Shown here: in pieces, positions 8,349 to 18,551 of the stretch
How positions within the stretch are numbered: the first letter of the stretch is position 1
How the letters are laid out: every line of letters begins with the position of its first letter
Source: Candidatus Poribacteria bacterium
GTDB lineage: Bacteria; Poribacteria; WGA-4E; WGA-3G
Direction: 5' to 3'
NCBI GenBank assembly: GCA_028820635.1
Contig: JAPPIG010000108.1
Coordinates: 113,733-177,732, forward strand
Length of the DNA stretch: 64,000 nucleotides
Position numbers and translations under genes: made by a program
Notes under the pieces: model-generated
Seen by the model: the letters and a program-made list of their open reading frames with translations, nothing else
The model's database searches: none
What the model was told of the DNA's origin: nothing

Positions 8349-11300
8349 CTACTTCGCTAAAGACTCGTAGTAATTATCAACAAGTCTACGATATTCAGGT
8401 GGAACATCCTCTTTCGCAACCTGTGCCAACTGTTTCATCTCTTGAAGCATATTGAGTCGTTCCTCTATAGCAGATTCCAGTTTCTGCAGGTCACGGATAA
8501 CGAGTTCATATTTCGGGAAGGGACGATTCCGATTTCCCGGAGGGGTCTGCATAGCATCAAGCATACCAAGCCACAACTCTTTAATCTCCTGATAGGATTC
8601 AGCACCGCCGCGAGCCAAGTCATTTTCATTTTCGCCTTGCCCTTGTTGTCCCTCTTGTCCAGGCTGTTGTCCTTCTTGCCCTTCCTGTCCGGGTTGTTGG
8701 CCTTGCTGGGCATTCTGCATAGCTTGCTGTGCTTGCTGCATCCGTTCCAGAAGCTGCTGCTGCTGTTCAGTGAGTTGCTGCTGCCGTTGTTGCTGTTCCT
8801 CTGTCTGCTCCTGTCCCTCCATCCCTTGAAGTTCACGATCCATATCTTGCATCTGTTCTTCAAAGTTTTGAAGTTGATCCAGGGCAGCTTCAAGTTGTTC
8901 CTCTTCAGTTTGCGCCATATTGGCTCTCGCCTGTTGAAGATCGGCTTGTGCTTCCTCTAATGTTTCAATCACCTCTTGCTGATTTAGGTCTGCGGACTGT
9001 AAGCTGCGCCATTGCAATGCGCGCTGTGCTGTTGCCATATCTTCCGCAGTCTGTTCTTCGTTGAGTCTTCTTGAAGCATCGCCAACATTTTGGGCAGCCT
9101 CAGGATTATCTTGATTGAGTTGCTGCTGAAGGTCACCCAAATCATTTTGAAGTGACTCTAAATCCTGTTGTAGCTGACGCTGCTGATTTGCGAGTTCAGA
9201 GGCTTGACGATAATCTTCAGGACGCATACCAGATTGCTGAGACTTATTCCTCAGTTCTTGTGTCTGCTGTTGCACACCAGATTGCTCCGCAGTCAACTGT
9301 TGGAGTTGTTGAGATGCTCTCTCTAACGCGTTGTCAGTGAATTCAGCGTCGGCTCTTTCAAGTTGATCGATGGCTTGTTCAAGCTTTTCTTCCGCTTTTC
9401 CACCCTTAGCGGCACTCATTTGGGGTTGTTGTTGTTGCATCCCTTGCGAAGCCTGTTGCATCTGTTCGCTTGCCTGTTGCATGGCTTGTCCCGCTTGACC
9501 TAAACGTTGTTCTTGTGTGCCTTGCGCATTACCTTGCATCTGGCTGAGTTGTTCTGACATCTGCTGTGCTTGCTGTGACAATTGTCCTTGCTGCTGACTG
9601 TTCTGTTGCATGTCACTTGGAGACGGTTGATTTTCTTTGCTCATTTGCTGGCTTTGTTCATTCAAATTCTGCTGTTGTGCCAACATTTCGCGTGCTTGTT
9701 CTAACATCTGCTGCGTCTGTTCCTGCAGCTCGCGCTCAAGTTCTTCTTGATCTTGTTCAAGCTCGCTTTGCAACTCCTCCATTTCCAATTCAAAATTTTC
9801 AGCAAGAGACGGATCCTCACTTTGCCTCGCTTGATTAAGTATTTTGGGTATTTCAAGATTAACTTTGATGAGCAGTTCAAGAGCTGCCTGTTCTGGTGGG
9901 ATGGCTACCAGTGGTTGAATAGCATCGAGATTACCTTTTGCTTCGCCCATCTTATCAATCGCCTCTTCAAGGTTCATCATAATTTCTGGGTCAACCTGCA
10001 TTTCCTGCATATCAAAGCTAAGCTCATCTGCCACACGTTGCGTTTTATCTTTCACTTCACCTTGCTTCTCACCGGTTTTCTTAACAGCAGAGTTATATTC
10101 TTCTGTAAGCGTTGAAGGTTGTGCGTTGGTGTGCTTCCATGTTTCTCGAATAACCTGCTTCTGAGAAGCGATTAACGTAAGGAATGGATTCGGTGTACCT
10201 ATTTCACATTCTCCCCCTTCTTCAAGTCTGCGATTGAAAGGGTTCACTTCTATGAAATAAATCTCGCTGCTTGCTTTACCGGGTCCTGTAAGGGTGTTAT
10301 TGTCAGTGGCATGTGCATAGTAAGAGATGACTTCACCCGGTTCAACATCAAATTCTTCCAAATAGAAGGTATAGGCACCAGTTTTAAGGTGTTTGCTATA
10401 TTGCCCATCAGTTTTTTCCGCAACAGGTTCACTGGTAGATTCCAAGGCAAGTTCCTTCAATTCGCCAGAACCGATGCGATACATTAAGTTAAACTGTTCA
10501 ATCCCGTAGTCATCTGTAGCCCCAGCAACGATTTTGACCTCTTCCAGTTTTGTTGCACTCACATCGCGACCGGGTTCTTTGATAACCACTACAGGGGCAT
10601 TATCTGGCATTGCTTTGATAGTATACTCAATCGGCACCTCATTATTGAACCCATCAATACAGAAAAGTTCAACAGTATATTGTCCATCTTCAGCAACTTC
10701 TAAGGTTTTCGTGAGTATATTACCGTCAGCAATGACCATTTCTGAGGATTTTAAAGCAACCGCTTCATTCGCACCCTCTTCTTCAACTACGGTTTCAGAT
10801 TCTGAATTTTGGTGCGTAAACGTTGCATTCTGGATAGCCTTATTCGCAGTGAGTCTGACTTCTGCGGTTGTGCCGACAACTGCTTGAATGTCTCCACTTC
10901 CTTGCTGCACAACCGGTTTGAGATTTGTATACTCAGGATAAGTATAAGAGACGGAAATTTCTTCCAATCGCGGCATTTCAAAAACTTCTACTGTGTAGCG
11001 TTCAGATGTCGTTTCATTTGCCACAACATAGTATTCCATATCCGCGTTAACATTGAAAATCTCATAAGCAAATCCGCGTTTATCCTCCGGATTCTGCACC
11101 ATATTAATTTCTTGCTTGCTACCCTCGTTTTCTGCAGTAGGCGGCGTATTCTTGTCATAATAAGCTAAGACAACCTTTTCTGCATCCTTGCCAGTGACGG
11201 TAACCTCAATAGGTAAACTTTTCCCACTTAGAATACGAGCATCACCAGGTGTAACATTCACCTTAGTCGTCAAAATGGGATCAGTTTTTTCCCACGGCGC

Positions 11301-11849
11301 AAATATCCGCATTAGGCTGGTATGTGTTTCGGTAGGAAATAGAAGCGTAAGCAACCCACACGCTGCAATAACTAAAGTTGCTATACCGACAAATTTTCGC
11401 GTCCGACTATGATCAATCGTTGCTTTGAAATCAATACCTTTTATCCGTTGCGTCGTATCTTCAAGTAATCGCTGAAGCATGTGTGCTTCAACTGGGTCAT
11501 CTGATTCACGGTCACCGAATTGCACGGCACTCACAAGTCTATCCTCAAGATTAGGATGGCTTTCTTCAACATTGAGCGCAACATCTCGGAGGGTTAGTGA
11601 GGATCTCATCGGTTGAATAAGATATTTGATAAGTAGATATAGCGTCGCACCGATGATACCCACAAGCAGGGCAATACGAACAGCACTTGGCATCGGCATC
11701 AACCAATCAACGATTGATTCTCCAACCAGAATCGCTAAGAAACCTATCAGTACAATAGCAGCCCCTGTCCAGAAGAGGCTACGTTTCCACACACGCCGTG
11801 CATCTAAAATCCTTGTTTGTAATTCTGCATAATTTTCTCTGGTACTCAT
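8349..11849 (-). CDS. Large (1166 aa) membrane-anchored protein with a roughly 500-aa Q/E-rich coiled-coil, low-complexity C-terminal region. Possibly DUF4175-like; that family guess is unverified.
   Basis: Two N-terminal TM helices at about residues 25-75, and a third near 155-175. The central region is beta-rich and Ig-like. The C-terminal half is dominated by Q, E, L and A with heptad-like periodicity. It ends in a conserved-looking tail, PPEYRRLVDNYYESLAK. A single uninterrupted ORF immediately upstream of ppk2. Confidence 0.8.
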   Translation of the reverse strand: MSTRENYAELQTRILDARRVWKRSLFWTGAAIVLIGFLAILVGESIVDWLMPMPSAVRIALLVGIIGATLYLLIKYLIQPMRSSLTLRDVALNVEESHPNLEDRLVSAVQFGDRESDDPVEAHMLQRLLEDTTQRIKGIDFKATIDHSRTRKFVGIATLVIAACGLLTLLFPTETHTSLMRIFAPWEKTDPILTTKVNVTPGDARILSGKSLPIEVTVTGKDAEKVVLAYYDKNTPPTAENEGSKQEINMVQNPEDKRGFAYEIFNVNADMEYYVVANETTSERYTVEVFEMPRLEEISVSYTYPEYTNLKPVVQQGSGDIQAVVGTTAEVRLTANKAIQNATFTHQNSESETVVEEEGANEAVALKSSEMVIADGNILTKTLEVAEDGQYTVELFCIDGFNNEVPIEYTIKAMPDNAPVVVIKEPGRDVSATKLEEVKIVAGATDDYGIEQFNLMYRIGSGELKELALESTSEPVAEKTDGQYSKHLKTGAYTFYLEEFDVEPGEVISYYAHATDNNTLTGPGKASSEIYFIEVNPFNRRLEEGGECEIGTPNPFLTLIASQKQVIRETWKHTNAQPSTLTEEYNSAVKKTGEKQGEVKDKTQRVADELSFDMQEMQVDPEIMMNLEEAIDKMGEAKGNLDAIQPLVAIPPEQAALELLIKVNLEIPKILNQARQSEDPSLAENFELEMEELQSELEQDQEELERELQEQTQQMLEQAREMLAQQQNLNEQSQQMSKENQPSPSDMQQNSQQQGQLSQQAQQMSEQLSQMQGNAQGTQEQRLGQAGQAMQQASEQMQQASQGMQQQQPQMSAAKGGKAEEKLEQAIDQLERADAEFTDNALERASQQLQQLTAEQSGVQQQTQELRNKSQQSGMRPEDYRQASELANQQRQLQQDLESLQNDLGDLQQQLNQDNPEAAQNVGDASRRLNEEQTAEDMATAQRALQWRSLQSADLNQQEVIETLEEAQADLQQARANMAQTEEEQLEAALDQLQNFEEQMQDMDRELQGMEGQEQTEEQQQRQQQLTEQQQQLLERMQQAQQAMQNAQQGQQPGQEGQEGQQPGQEGQQGQGENENDLARGGAESYQEIKELWLGMLDAMQTPPGNRNRPFPKYELVIRDLQKLESAIEERLNMLQEMKQLAQVAKEDVPPEYRRLVDNYYESLAK

Positions 11850-12062
11850 TAATTTTCTCCTTCACCCATCTGCCGAAAAGGCAGGCTGGGTCAACTTCCA
11901 GATGTCCACCTATATTTGACGACAGTTCTTGGTGTAAGTTTTTAAAGGACTATGTTAATCTCGCAAAATTGTTTTTAACTGAAAACTATTCCCGTGATAT
12001 TGAATACATTTAGAGCGTATCTCATAAATAGGATTTGTTGGTTCGTTATCAGTTGATTCTCT

Positions 12063-12118
12063 TTGTAGGAGGGAACTCCGATTCCCGACAAGTCGCGATT
12101 CAGAGATCGCTCCTACAG
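12063..12118. repeat. IR-1 family interspersed element copy (opposite orientation)
   Basis: Contains ttgtaggagggaactccgattcccgac aa gtcgcgattcagagatcgctcctacagg. Confidence 0.55.
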
Positions 12119-12457
12119 GATTTTGAAATCGGGGTTACAAACCCCTCCAACTATTTATGAGATAGGTTGTAGTAAAAGTTAGATTAAAAACAGAATATCA
12201 GTGCCAATTTAAATAAAAAGATGATTAGTGCTGTAAAATACGCCTTAACTTGACATATCCCTATGAATTAGACACAATTGTCCCGAAAAAGTTTGAAAAA
12301 ATGCAGTCCTGATGCACATTTCACGAAAAATCTATGTTTTTAAATAATATAACAGAATTCTATATAGAATAGCAAGGAATTTTTGATTAAAAAACCAAGC
12401 AGGCAAATTTTGCAGTTTTATCCTGATTTCTATGGCTTTGATGTCGATCTACGCAAA

Positions 12458-13657
12458 CTACTCTCGACTCTGATAACAAGCTTTGCCTTTACCCCGAATA
12501 ATACCGGATTGATGCCAAGTTTCGACTGTGCGACAAATAATATCGTTTTCACCGAGGTGATGTTGTAGTTGGGACTTTGTAAACCAATCGTAGTTATCAT
12601 TTGCCAGGGCATCGGTATCCAGTTCTTTGTCAGAAAAACCGTAGATGCGGCAGACACCATTTGTATCTTCAATATCCTCAATATAGGACATCCATGGCAC
12701 CTCTAACCCAAGCTGCGTTTGGGTGAGTTCTTGTAGCGATCCGATTCGTGAACCGACATCCCAACCGACCAATTTCTCTTCTTCCCATCCTTCGCCGCCT
12801 GGCAGTTCCCAAGTGTCGGTTTCAGCATCGCGATGTAGCAAAAATCTGGCTTCCTGACCTGCAGAACACTCAATGAGCAGACGTGTTGTCGTAATCGGTT
12901 TGTCAAAACAGATGGGAATGAGATGCTTGCCATCGTCGCTCAATGCGTCCAACGCGGCGGGACTGTAAGGATAATATCCTGCTGCGGGTGGTGCGTTTAC
13001 AGCACAGTATTTGTTGAAGATACCGCACCGATCTTCAGTCGTAGTGCCTGCAGGTGCTTTGTGCCATACATGTTCATTGACTATGAGTAAGTCACCTGCC
13101 TTGAGTTCAGGATCAATAAACGGAGGCAATTCTTCAGGATCAGGTTTTGTGATATCTAAAATATGTGCGTTAGGGTCAATAACTTGTGTCAATTTATGTG
13201 ATTTTGGAGATACAAGAAATGGACCGTATTCTGAATCAAAATCTGTGAGCGAAATGATGGCAAATACCCAGTTCATTGATGAACCGACAGGTCGCCACCG
13301 TTTATAGTCGCAATGTGCACCGGCACCCTTATCTCCCGGTGTTCGTAGATATGCAACATAAGCGGTGAGATACGCTGATTGACCAAACACTGATTCCACT
13401 GCTCCAATAATCGTGGGATGTTCTGCAATCGCGGCGAGTCCTGGATTAGCGAGTCGATTACCGCTAACTATATATTTTGCTGGCTGAGGATATATCAATG
13501 AGGACGGATAGGCTTCACGTTGTACCTGTTGGACGACAGTACGCCGAAGATCATCTGCTTCCTTTGTAGATAAGGCATTACGAATAATCAGATATCCATC
13601 TTCATGGTAGTCTGCGATCTGTTGTTCAGTAAGAGATGGAGTTGCATTTGTAGCCAT
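12458..13657 (-). CDS. PhyH-family dioxygenase-like protein with a C-terminal extension (399 aa)
   Basis: The N-terminus (LTEQQIADYHEDGYLIIRNAL) is PhyH-like. The size is longer than typical, so the true start or the C-terminal domain is uncertain. Confidence 0.6.
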   Translation of the reverse strand: MATNATPSLTEQQIADYHEDGYLIIRNALSTKEADDLRRTVVQQVQREAYPSSLIYPQPAKYIVSGNRLANPGLAAIAEHPTIIGAVESVFGQSAYLTAYVAYLRTPGDKGAGAHCDYKRWRPVGSSMNWVFAIISLTDFDSEYGPFLVSPKSHKLTQVIDPNAHILDITKPDPEELPPFIDPELKAGDLLIVNEHVWHKAPAGTTTEDRCGIFNKYCAVNAPPAAGYYPYSPAALDALSDDGKHLIPICFDKPITTTRLLIECSAGQEARFLLHRDAETDTWELPGGEGWEEEKLVGWDVGSRIGSLQELTQTQLGLEVPWMSYIEDIEDTNGVCRIYGFSDKELDTDALANDNYDWFTKSQLQHHLGENDIICRTVETWHQSGIIRGKGKACYQSRE

Positions 13658-13775
13658 AACAGAAACTCCTGGAAAGTTAGTAGCACTATCTATTGTACTT
13701 TCATTGTGGACGGCACGCGGAGCGTGCCTACTACTTTTAAGTTGATATTTGCTCTATTTTATGTATACGCCTCAA

Positions 13776-15827
13776 TTATTTTACCTTAATAACAACAAGT
13801 GTCACATCATCCGCCTGCGGTTCTCCGTCTGCCCACGAAGTGCTTTCTCTAAAGATATGTTTGATAATTGTCTTTGGAGATTTATCCGCAATTTCTGCAA
13901 ATAACTCTTTTGTCTTTGGATAGTCTAACATCTCGTTTTCAGGATTCAACATTTCCGGTAAACCATCACTCATAAGCAGGAGCGTATCGCCAGATTTAAG
14001 TTCAAACGTTGCTTCTTGTCGCTCAGATCCAATAACGCCGCCTAAAGGCATTCCTTCAAGAAGTATCTCCTCTACCATGTTTTCGTCTGAACGATAGATA
14101 AGCGTTGGCGGCATTCCGGCGGATGCAAGCGTTAGTGTATTGTCATTGAACGTAGCAAGGGTCATCGCCATATATAGCCGTTTTAGGTTCATGCTCTTAA
14201 TACCTTGCGAAATCCGTTCAAGCGTTTCCAAGTTACCTGCTTCTGGTGTAGATGTTTTGAAAAGACTTTTGACAGCGGAAACAACAAGTCCTGCGTTCAT
14301 ACCGTGTCCTGTAGCATCTCCAATTGCGATGGTGAGTTGACCGTCGTCAGTGAGATTGAAATCATAATAGTCGCCACCAACCTCTGTTGCTGGACGCATC
14401 TCAAAATCCACATCAAGATTCGGAAGTTCAGGTGGACCTTGTGGCAGCATTGACATCTGGAGTTCACGCGCTTCTTCCAACTCCTCTGTTTTACGGGTGT
14501 TTTCAACTTCCAAAAGTTGTCGCTCAAGTTCCTCTGTTTCAAGTTTTCGTCTGGTTCGGGAGAAGTTGCGAGCAAGATAAATCGACATTGAAAATAGTGG
14601 TGCAAGAAATAAAATGATTATTCCCAATTCCCAGTTAATTTTGAATCCTGTTCGCGCCGCAATAAAACCGAATATGAATGGCAGGATTATAGGGGCGAGT
14701 GAGCCAAGCCCAAATATCCACGCGCCATCTTTTTTCTTAAAGATTGCAACAATAATGATTCTGACAATCTCTAAGAACGCCAAAATCGTAAATAGAAATA
14801 AGAGAAGACCCCCTAATCCTCCGCTGATATTAGACACATAGGAACCCGTAATATTAAACGTGTATTTATCAATATCAATTAGATTTACACAAAGGGTAAC
14901 AACCCATCCTGTAAGAAAGAACCAAGAGAGTTTGGGCAACTTTGGATAAAAGAGGGTATAGAGGAATAACTTTCCCGACACAAATATTAGGACATATACG
15001 CAGATAAGTAGCCGAATTAAAAACAGAATTTGTGTGTTGCTTGTCGTCCACAGCGTAAATTGGAACGTGAGAAAAATAAATGCTCCGATGCTCCCTGTTG
15101 ATATCGCGAAATAGAGGTTTTCCTTTGCGCGGGGATAAAAGAAAAACAGCAATAGATGCTGCAGCATGAGGAAAACAGTAATCGCTGTCCATACCATCTG
15201 TAAAGTGGTGCCGTGGCGAATAATGTCAACGCGCGATTTAATGCTTTGCTCCAGTGGGGCAACTACAAACCAAAACCCAAACGGAGATGAGAAGTTGGAA
15301 TACCGAACTGCAATCACATGGTCGGTTTGACCTGAAAACGAGATGACCTGCGGGTTACGCTCCCAATAAGGTTCCTCTTCCTCTTTCCGCGTTCCCACTT
15401 TACCAAAGGCATAAATCAACTCTCCGTCAAGATAGATTTCAGAAGCCCCTGCCTGATACATCACCTGGAGCGCCAGCGGCACATTCCAGAGCTGCCTATC
15501 AGGAACGGACACGTGTAGTCTGAACCAACCGATGCCCTCCCACTCGCTTTCGAATCCTCCATTTTGAAGCACGAGTGTATTAAGTGTGCCGCCGGATTCC
15601 CACTCGGTATCATCAAAAGTTGGATTTGCCCATTCTGGATTATCGCCCGGATGATACTTCCAAGGATAAAGTCCAGTTCCAGAATCTACTACGACTCCAG
15701 AATTCAGTAAGTCTGATGTCAGCACAAGTTTGTCAGGAACAGTTTCACTGTCTTGTGCTGGCACTTCGGAGATGGATACACTTATCATTAAAATGAGATA
15801 GGATATTAGAATTATCTTATGTTTCAT
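13776..15827 (-). CDS. 7TM-DISM receptor (7TMR-DISMED2 extracellular domain plus 7 TM helices) with a PP2C/SpoIIE-type Ser/Thr phosphatase output domain
   Basis: After the signal peptide come a roughly 200-aa extracellular domain, 7 TM helices, a coiled-coil linker, and a C-terminal PP2C domain with GDATGHG and the DG metal-binding motifs. Length is 683 aa. Confidence 0.8.
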   Translation of the reverse strand: MKHKIILISYLILMISVSISEVPAQDSETVPDKLVLTSDLLNSGVVVDSGTGLYPWKYHPGDNPEWANPTFDDTEWESGGTLNTLVLQNGGFESEWEGIGWFRLHVSVPDRQLWNVPLALQVMYQAGASEIYLDGELIYAFGKVGTRKEEEEPYWERNPQVISFSGQTDHVIAVRYSNFSSPFGFWFVVAPLEQSIKSRVDIIRHGTTLQMVWTAITVFLMLQHLLLFFFYPRAKENLYFAISTGSIGAFIFLTFQFTLWTTSNTQILFLIRLLICVYVLIFVSGKLFLYTLFYPKLPKLSWFFLTGWVVTLCVNLIDIDKYTFNITGSYVSNISGGLGGLLLFLFTILAFLEIVRIIIVAIFKKKDGAWIFGLGSLAPIILPFIFGFIAARTGFKINWELGIIILFLAPLFSMSIYLARNFSRTRRKLETEELERQLLEVENTRKTEELEEARELQMSMLPQGPPELPNLDVDFEMRPATEVGGDYYDFNLTDDGQLTIAIGDATGHGMNAGLVVSAVKSLFKTSTPEAGNLETLERISQGIKSMNLKRLYMAMTLATFNDNTLTLASAGMPPTLIYRSDENMVEEILLEGMPLGGVIGSERQEATFELKSGDTLLLMSDGLPEMLNPENEMLDYPKTKELFAEIADKSPKTIIKHIFRESTSWADGEPQADDVTLVVIKVK

Positions 15828-15956
15828 AAGGGATACTTCCGTAAACTATAAAAATATAACAAATTTCTTATGAAAATAGCAAGGATATTTTAGGGTAGGA
15901 GATGAAGTGATAATTTGATTGTTTTCTGACGAGGCATGTGATATTATCTGTCTATT

Positions 15957-16511
15957 ATGGAAAGAACACCAGACATTATTCCGATTTACACCATAGGCTA
16001 CGGAAGCCGTTCCATAGCGGAATTTATTGAAGTGCTACAGCAATATGAAATTGCGTATCTCATAGATGTCCGCTCAATTCCGCATTCGGGTTATAAACCA
16101 GAATTTTCTAAAAACCCGCTTGCTAATGAAATGGAAAAGCACGGTATTCGCTATGTGTATATGGGAGACCTGCTCGGTGGGAAGCCTGATGATGAATCGT
16201 GCTACGTGAACGGGATAGTTGATTACGAAAAAGTTAAGGAGACAGAATTCTATCAGCGCGGTATTGAACGTCTTCGGACTGCCTTCTCTCAACAGCAGCG
16301 CGTTGCGCTTATGTGCAGCGAGGGAAAACCTGAACATTGCCACCGAACTAAACTGATTAGTACTACCCTTACTAATCAGGATTTACCTGTCGTTCATATT
16401 GATGAAAACAGTGAGCATAAGACGCAGGAAGAGATTATTGAGCGTATTACGGGTGGGCAGATGAATCTGTTTGGGGAGGAGATGTTTCACTCGCGGAAGA
16501 AACATACTTGA
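15957..16511 (+). CDS. DUF488-family protein
   Basis: The N-terminus (IYTIGYGSRSIAEFIEVLQQYEIAYLIDVRSIPHSGYKPEFSK) matches the DUF488 pattern. Length is 184 aa. Confidence 0.65.
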   Translation: MERTPDIIPIYTIGYGSRSIAEFIEVLQQYEIAYLIDVRSIPHSGYKPEFSKNPLANEMEKHGIRYVYMGDLLGGKPDDESCYVNGIVDYEKVKETEFYQRGIERLRTAFSQQQRVALMCSEGKPEHCHRTKLISTTLTNQDLPVVHIDENSEHKTQEEIIERITGGQMNLFGEEMFHSRKKHT

Positions 16512-16537
16512 GTGACAGATAGAAGATCATTTGCAAA

Positions 16538-17281
16538 CTAATCATTATGTTCTGTGTTTGTGTTCATAAACTCAGAAAATAATTGTTTAGCGTATGCTTC
16601 ACCATTGTGTTTGAGAATTGGTTTTCGAAATAGAAACACAATCAAATTAAGAAAAAACAAAAATCCTAAGATAAGAATAAGGACTTTATTGTCTTCAACA
16701 GAGTGCCATCCTATGAAGATACCAATGATACAAACAGGCATTGCAACCAATGTGCCACCAATCAAATTCCTAAACAACCCAAACCAGACATTATGTTTCA
16801 AAACTAAGTATCCATTCTTAACATCCAATCTTACAAAGCCTGCTGCTTCGTGAAGACGTTTTTTGGCATCACTTGGATCTGCTATTTCTTCCTCTTTATT
16901 CAAAAGATCAAACCCAAACCGTTCTGAGACAAACTTTCGGTACTTTTCTTTATAACTGTCTGATAATGAGTTGTCAGCAAATGTCATTAAATACGTAGTC
17001 GGAAATCCATTTGCCTTATCACCAGTAAAATACTGTCTTTGAAAAAACTTAGATATCTCACGTATGATTAAACTATAAATATACAGCAAGACAAATGAAA
17101 GAGTTAATCCCTCTATTCCAATTATCTTAATACTTAGTATGAAGGACACTAACCCCTCAAGTTGTACGTTACCTGAAAGAAAGTACCAAAGCACAAAAAA
17201 CGGTAATGCAGTAAAAAGTGCTGGAAAGAATCGTGCAAAGATTACATAGGTATTACAGTGTTTTTTTATAAATTCTTGCAT
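16538..17281 (-). CDS. Membrane protein of unknown function (4 predicted TM segments: two N-terminal, two C-terminal)
   Basis: 247 aa. It ends 22 bp downstream of the MBL gene on the same strand, so the two are probably co-transcribed. Confidence 0.55.
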   Translation of the reverse strand: MQEFIKKHCNTYVIFARFFPALFTALPFFVLWYFLSGNVQLEGLVSFILSIKIIGIEGLTLSFVLLYIYSLIIREISKFFQRQYFTGDKANGFPTTYLMTFADNSLSDSYKEKYRKFVSERFGFDLLNKEEEIADPSDAKKRLHEAAGFVRLDVKNGYLVLKHNVWFGLFRNLIGGTLVAMPVCIIGIFIGWHSVEDNKVLILILGFLFFLNLIVFLFRKPILKHNGEAYAKQLFSEFMNTNTEHND

Positions 17282-17303
17282 TTGTTCAGATCAGATTTAC
17301 GGT

Positions 17304-18311
17304 TTAATCCTTCAAATCCCAACCAGTGATTTCTTTAAGAAACCAAGCATCATATTCGTCTGAATAAGACGTATCTGAATTATTTTCTTTTGTGTATGCT
17401 CTTGCAAAACTTTCGTTGGTAACATATAGGGATAAATTATTCCCACTACAGTCAACCACCATACAGTTCGCTTGGTTATTAGTGATTTTCTCAAGTTTTC
17501 GGTTGTTCCACGCGGCATATGCTAAATTATCTGAAGGTGCAATCCCAAAAAATGTCATCTTAGGATTTACTGTATCAAGAAATTGGAAGTTCATGTCAGA
17601 GTGTCTACCATGATGAGGAGCTATGAGCAAATCTACATCCTTTACGTAATCTTCCCAGTTTTCCAAAATGTGCTCCCAAGTTTTGTCATGAGAATCACCA
17701 CTCAGAAGTATCCTACCACCTTGCCCAGAGTACAGAATAACGTAGGATGCATCGTTGTAATCATCCTTGTCTTTTGCTTGTTCGATTAAACCTGAAGTTG
17801 GAGATAGAATATAGAGGGCATCTCCAGGAATTTGTCCATTAGTATCTTGTGCCCAATACTTTCCTTTATCACCTGAGTATAATACCAGTCGTTTGGGATC
17901 AGTTTGTGAATTGCTGTCGCGAATATTCTTATAGAAATTCCAGTCTTCTTCATTGTACTTCGAGTCTTCTTCAAAATCCAATTCCTTCTCGTTATCTGTA
18001 TCCCAAAAGTTAATCGGATTAAAGTGCTCAAAAAAATCTTTGATACCATCCATGTGATCCATGTCTGGATGCGTTAGTATAAAACGGAAGACACGACTAC
18101 TAGTAAACTTGTTTAGATATTCAATAGGATTTACTGGATGTTTATTCTGTTGAAAGTTACCTAAGACTCTTGATTTTTCTGTAAAAGTCTGTGTTATCTT
18201 TTCGGCATTACATACATCAATTACCGATACGTGTCCTGAACCATGTTCAATTATTGAACAATCTCCATTTTTTACGTTTAAGAAGTGAAAAGTGTGTGTA
18301 GGCATAGGCAC
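17304..18311 (-). CDS. MBL-fold metallo-hydrolase, ComEC-C-terminal-like
   Basis: The motif THPDMDHMDG is a H-x-D-x-D-H variant of the MBL HxHxDH signature, as seen in the ComEC nuclease domain. A later APHHGRHSD motif is also ComEC-like. Length is 335 aa. Confidence 0.6.
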   Translation of the reverse strand: MPMPTHTFHFLNVKNGDCSIIEHGSGHVSVIDVCNAEKITQTFTEKSRVLGNFQQNKHPVNPIEYLNKFTSSRVFRFILTHPDMDHMDGIKDFFEHFNPINFWDTDNEKELDFEEDSKYNEEDWNFYKNIRDSNSQTDPKRLVLYSGDKGKYWAQDTNGQIPGDALYILSPTSGLIEQAKDKDDYNDASYVILYSGQGGRILLSGDSHDKTWEHILENWEDYVKDVDLLIAPHHGRHSDMNFQFLDTVNPKMTFFGIAPSDNLAYAAWNNRKLEKITNNQANCMVVDCSGNNLSLYVTNESFARAYTKENNSDTSYSDEYDAWFLKEITGWDLKD

Positions 18312-18356
18312 CTCTTTTTAAGTTGTTTAATTTGTTACGGTGAAATCTATTTTAAA

Positions 18357-18505
18357 TAAGACTTACACAAAACATCCGCCATGAATTGACCAAAGCGAAG
18401 GTATATAATACCTTTCATAATTCATGACACAGTATTATGTCGAAAAGGGTGCATAAAATGAAAAAATAGAGAAATATTATCTTCAATGTATATTGTGTAA
18501 GTCTT
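18357..18505. repeat. MITE-like unit bounded by 14-16 bp terminal inverted repeats (aataagacttacacaa … ttgtgtaagtcttaat)
   Basis: A perfect 14-bp inverted repeat sits about 120 bp apart in the MBL-hsdS intergenic region. An internal ggtatataatacc palindrome is also present. Confidence 0.4.
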
Positions 18506-18551
18506 AATAAATTATAACACAATCCAACAAACACTTCAAAATAATCGGCAC

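Noticed and set aside
8442-8960. 172-aa leucine-rich ORF on the plus strand
   Set aside because: It is the antisense of the Q/E-rich coding region of the 1166-aa gene. CAG and GAG codons read as CTG and CTC on the other strand. It has no independent support.
8560-9700. Possible DNA-level tandem repeat under the QQQ region of the large protein
   Set aside because: The periodicity is compositional (CAG, CAA and GAG codon bias), not a clean nucleotide repeat unit. It is not a microsatellite or CRISPR-like array.
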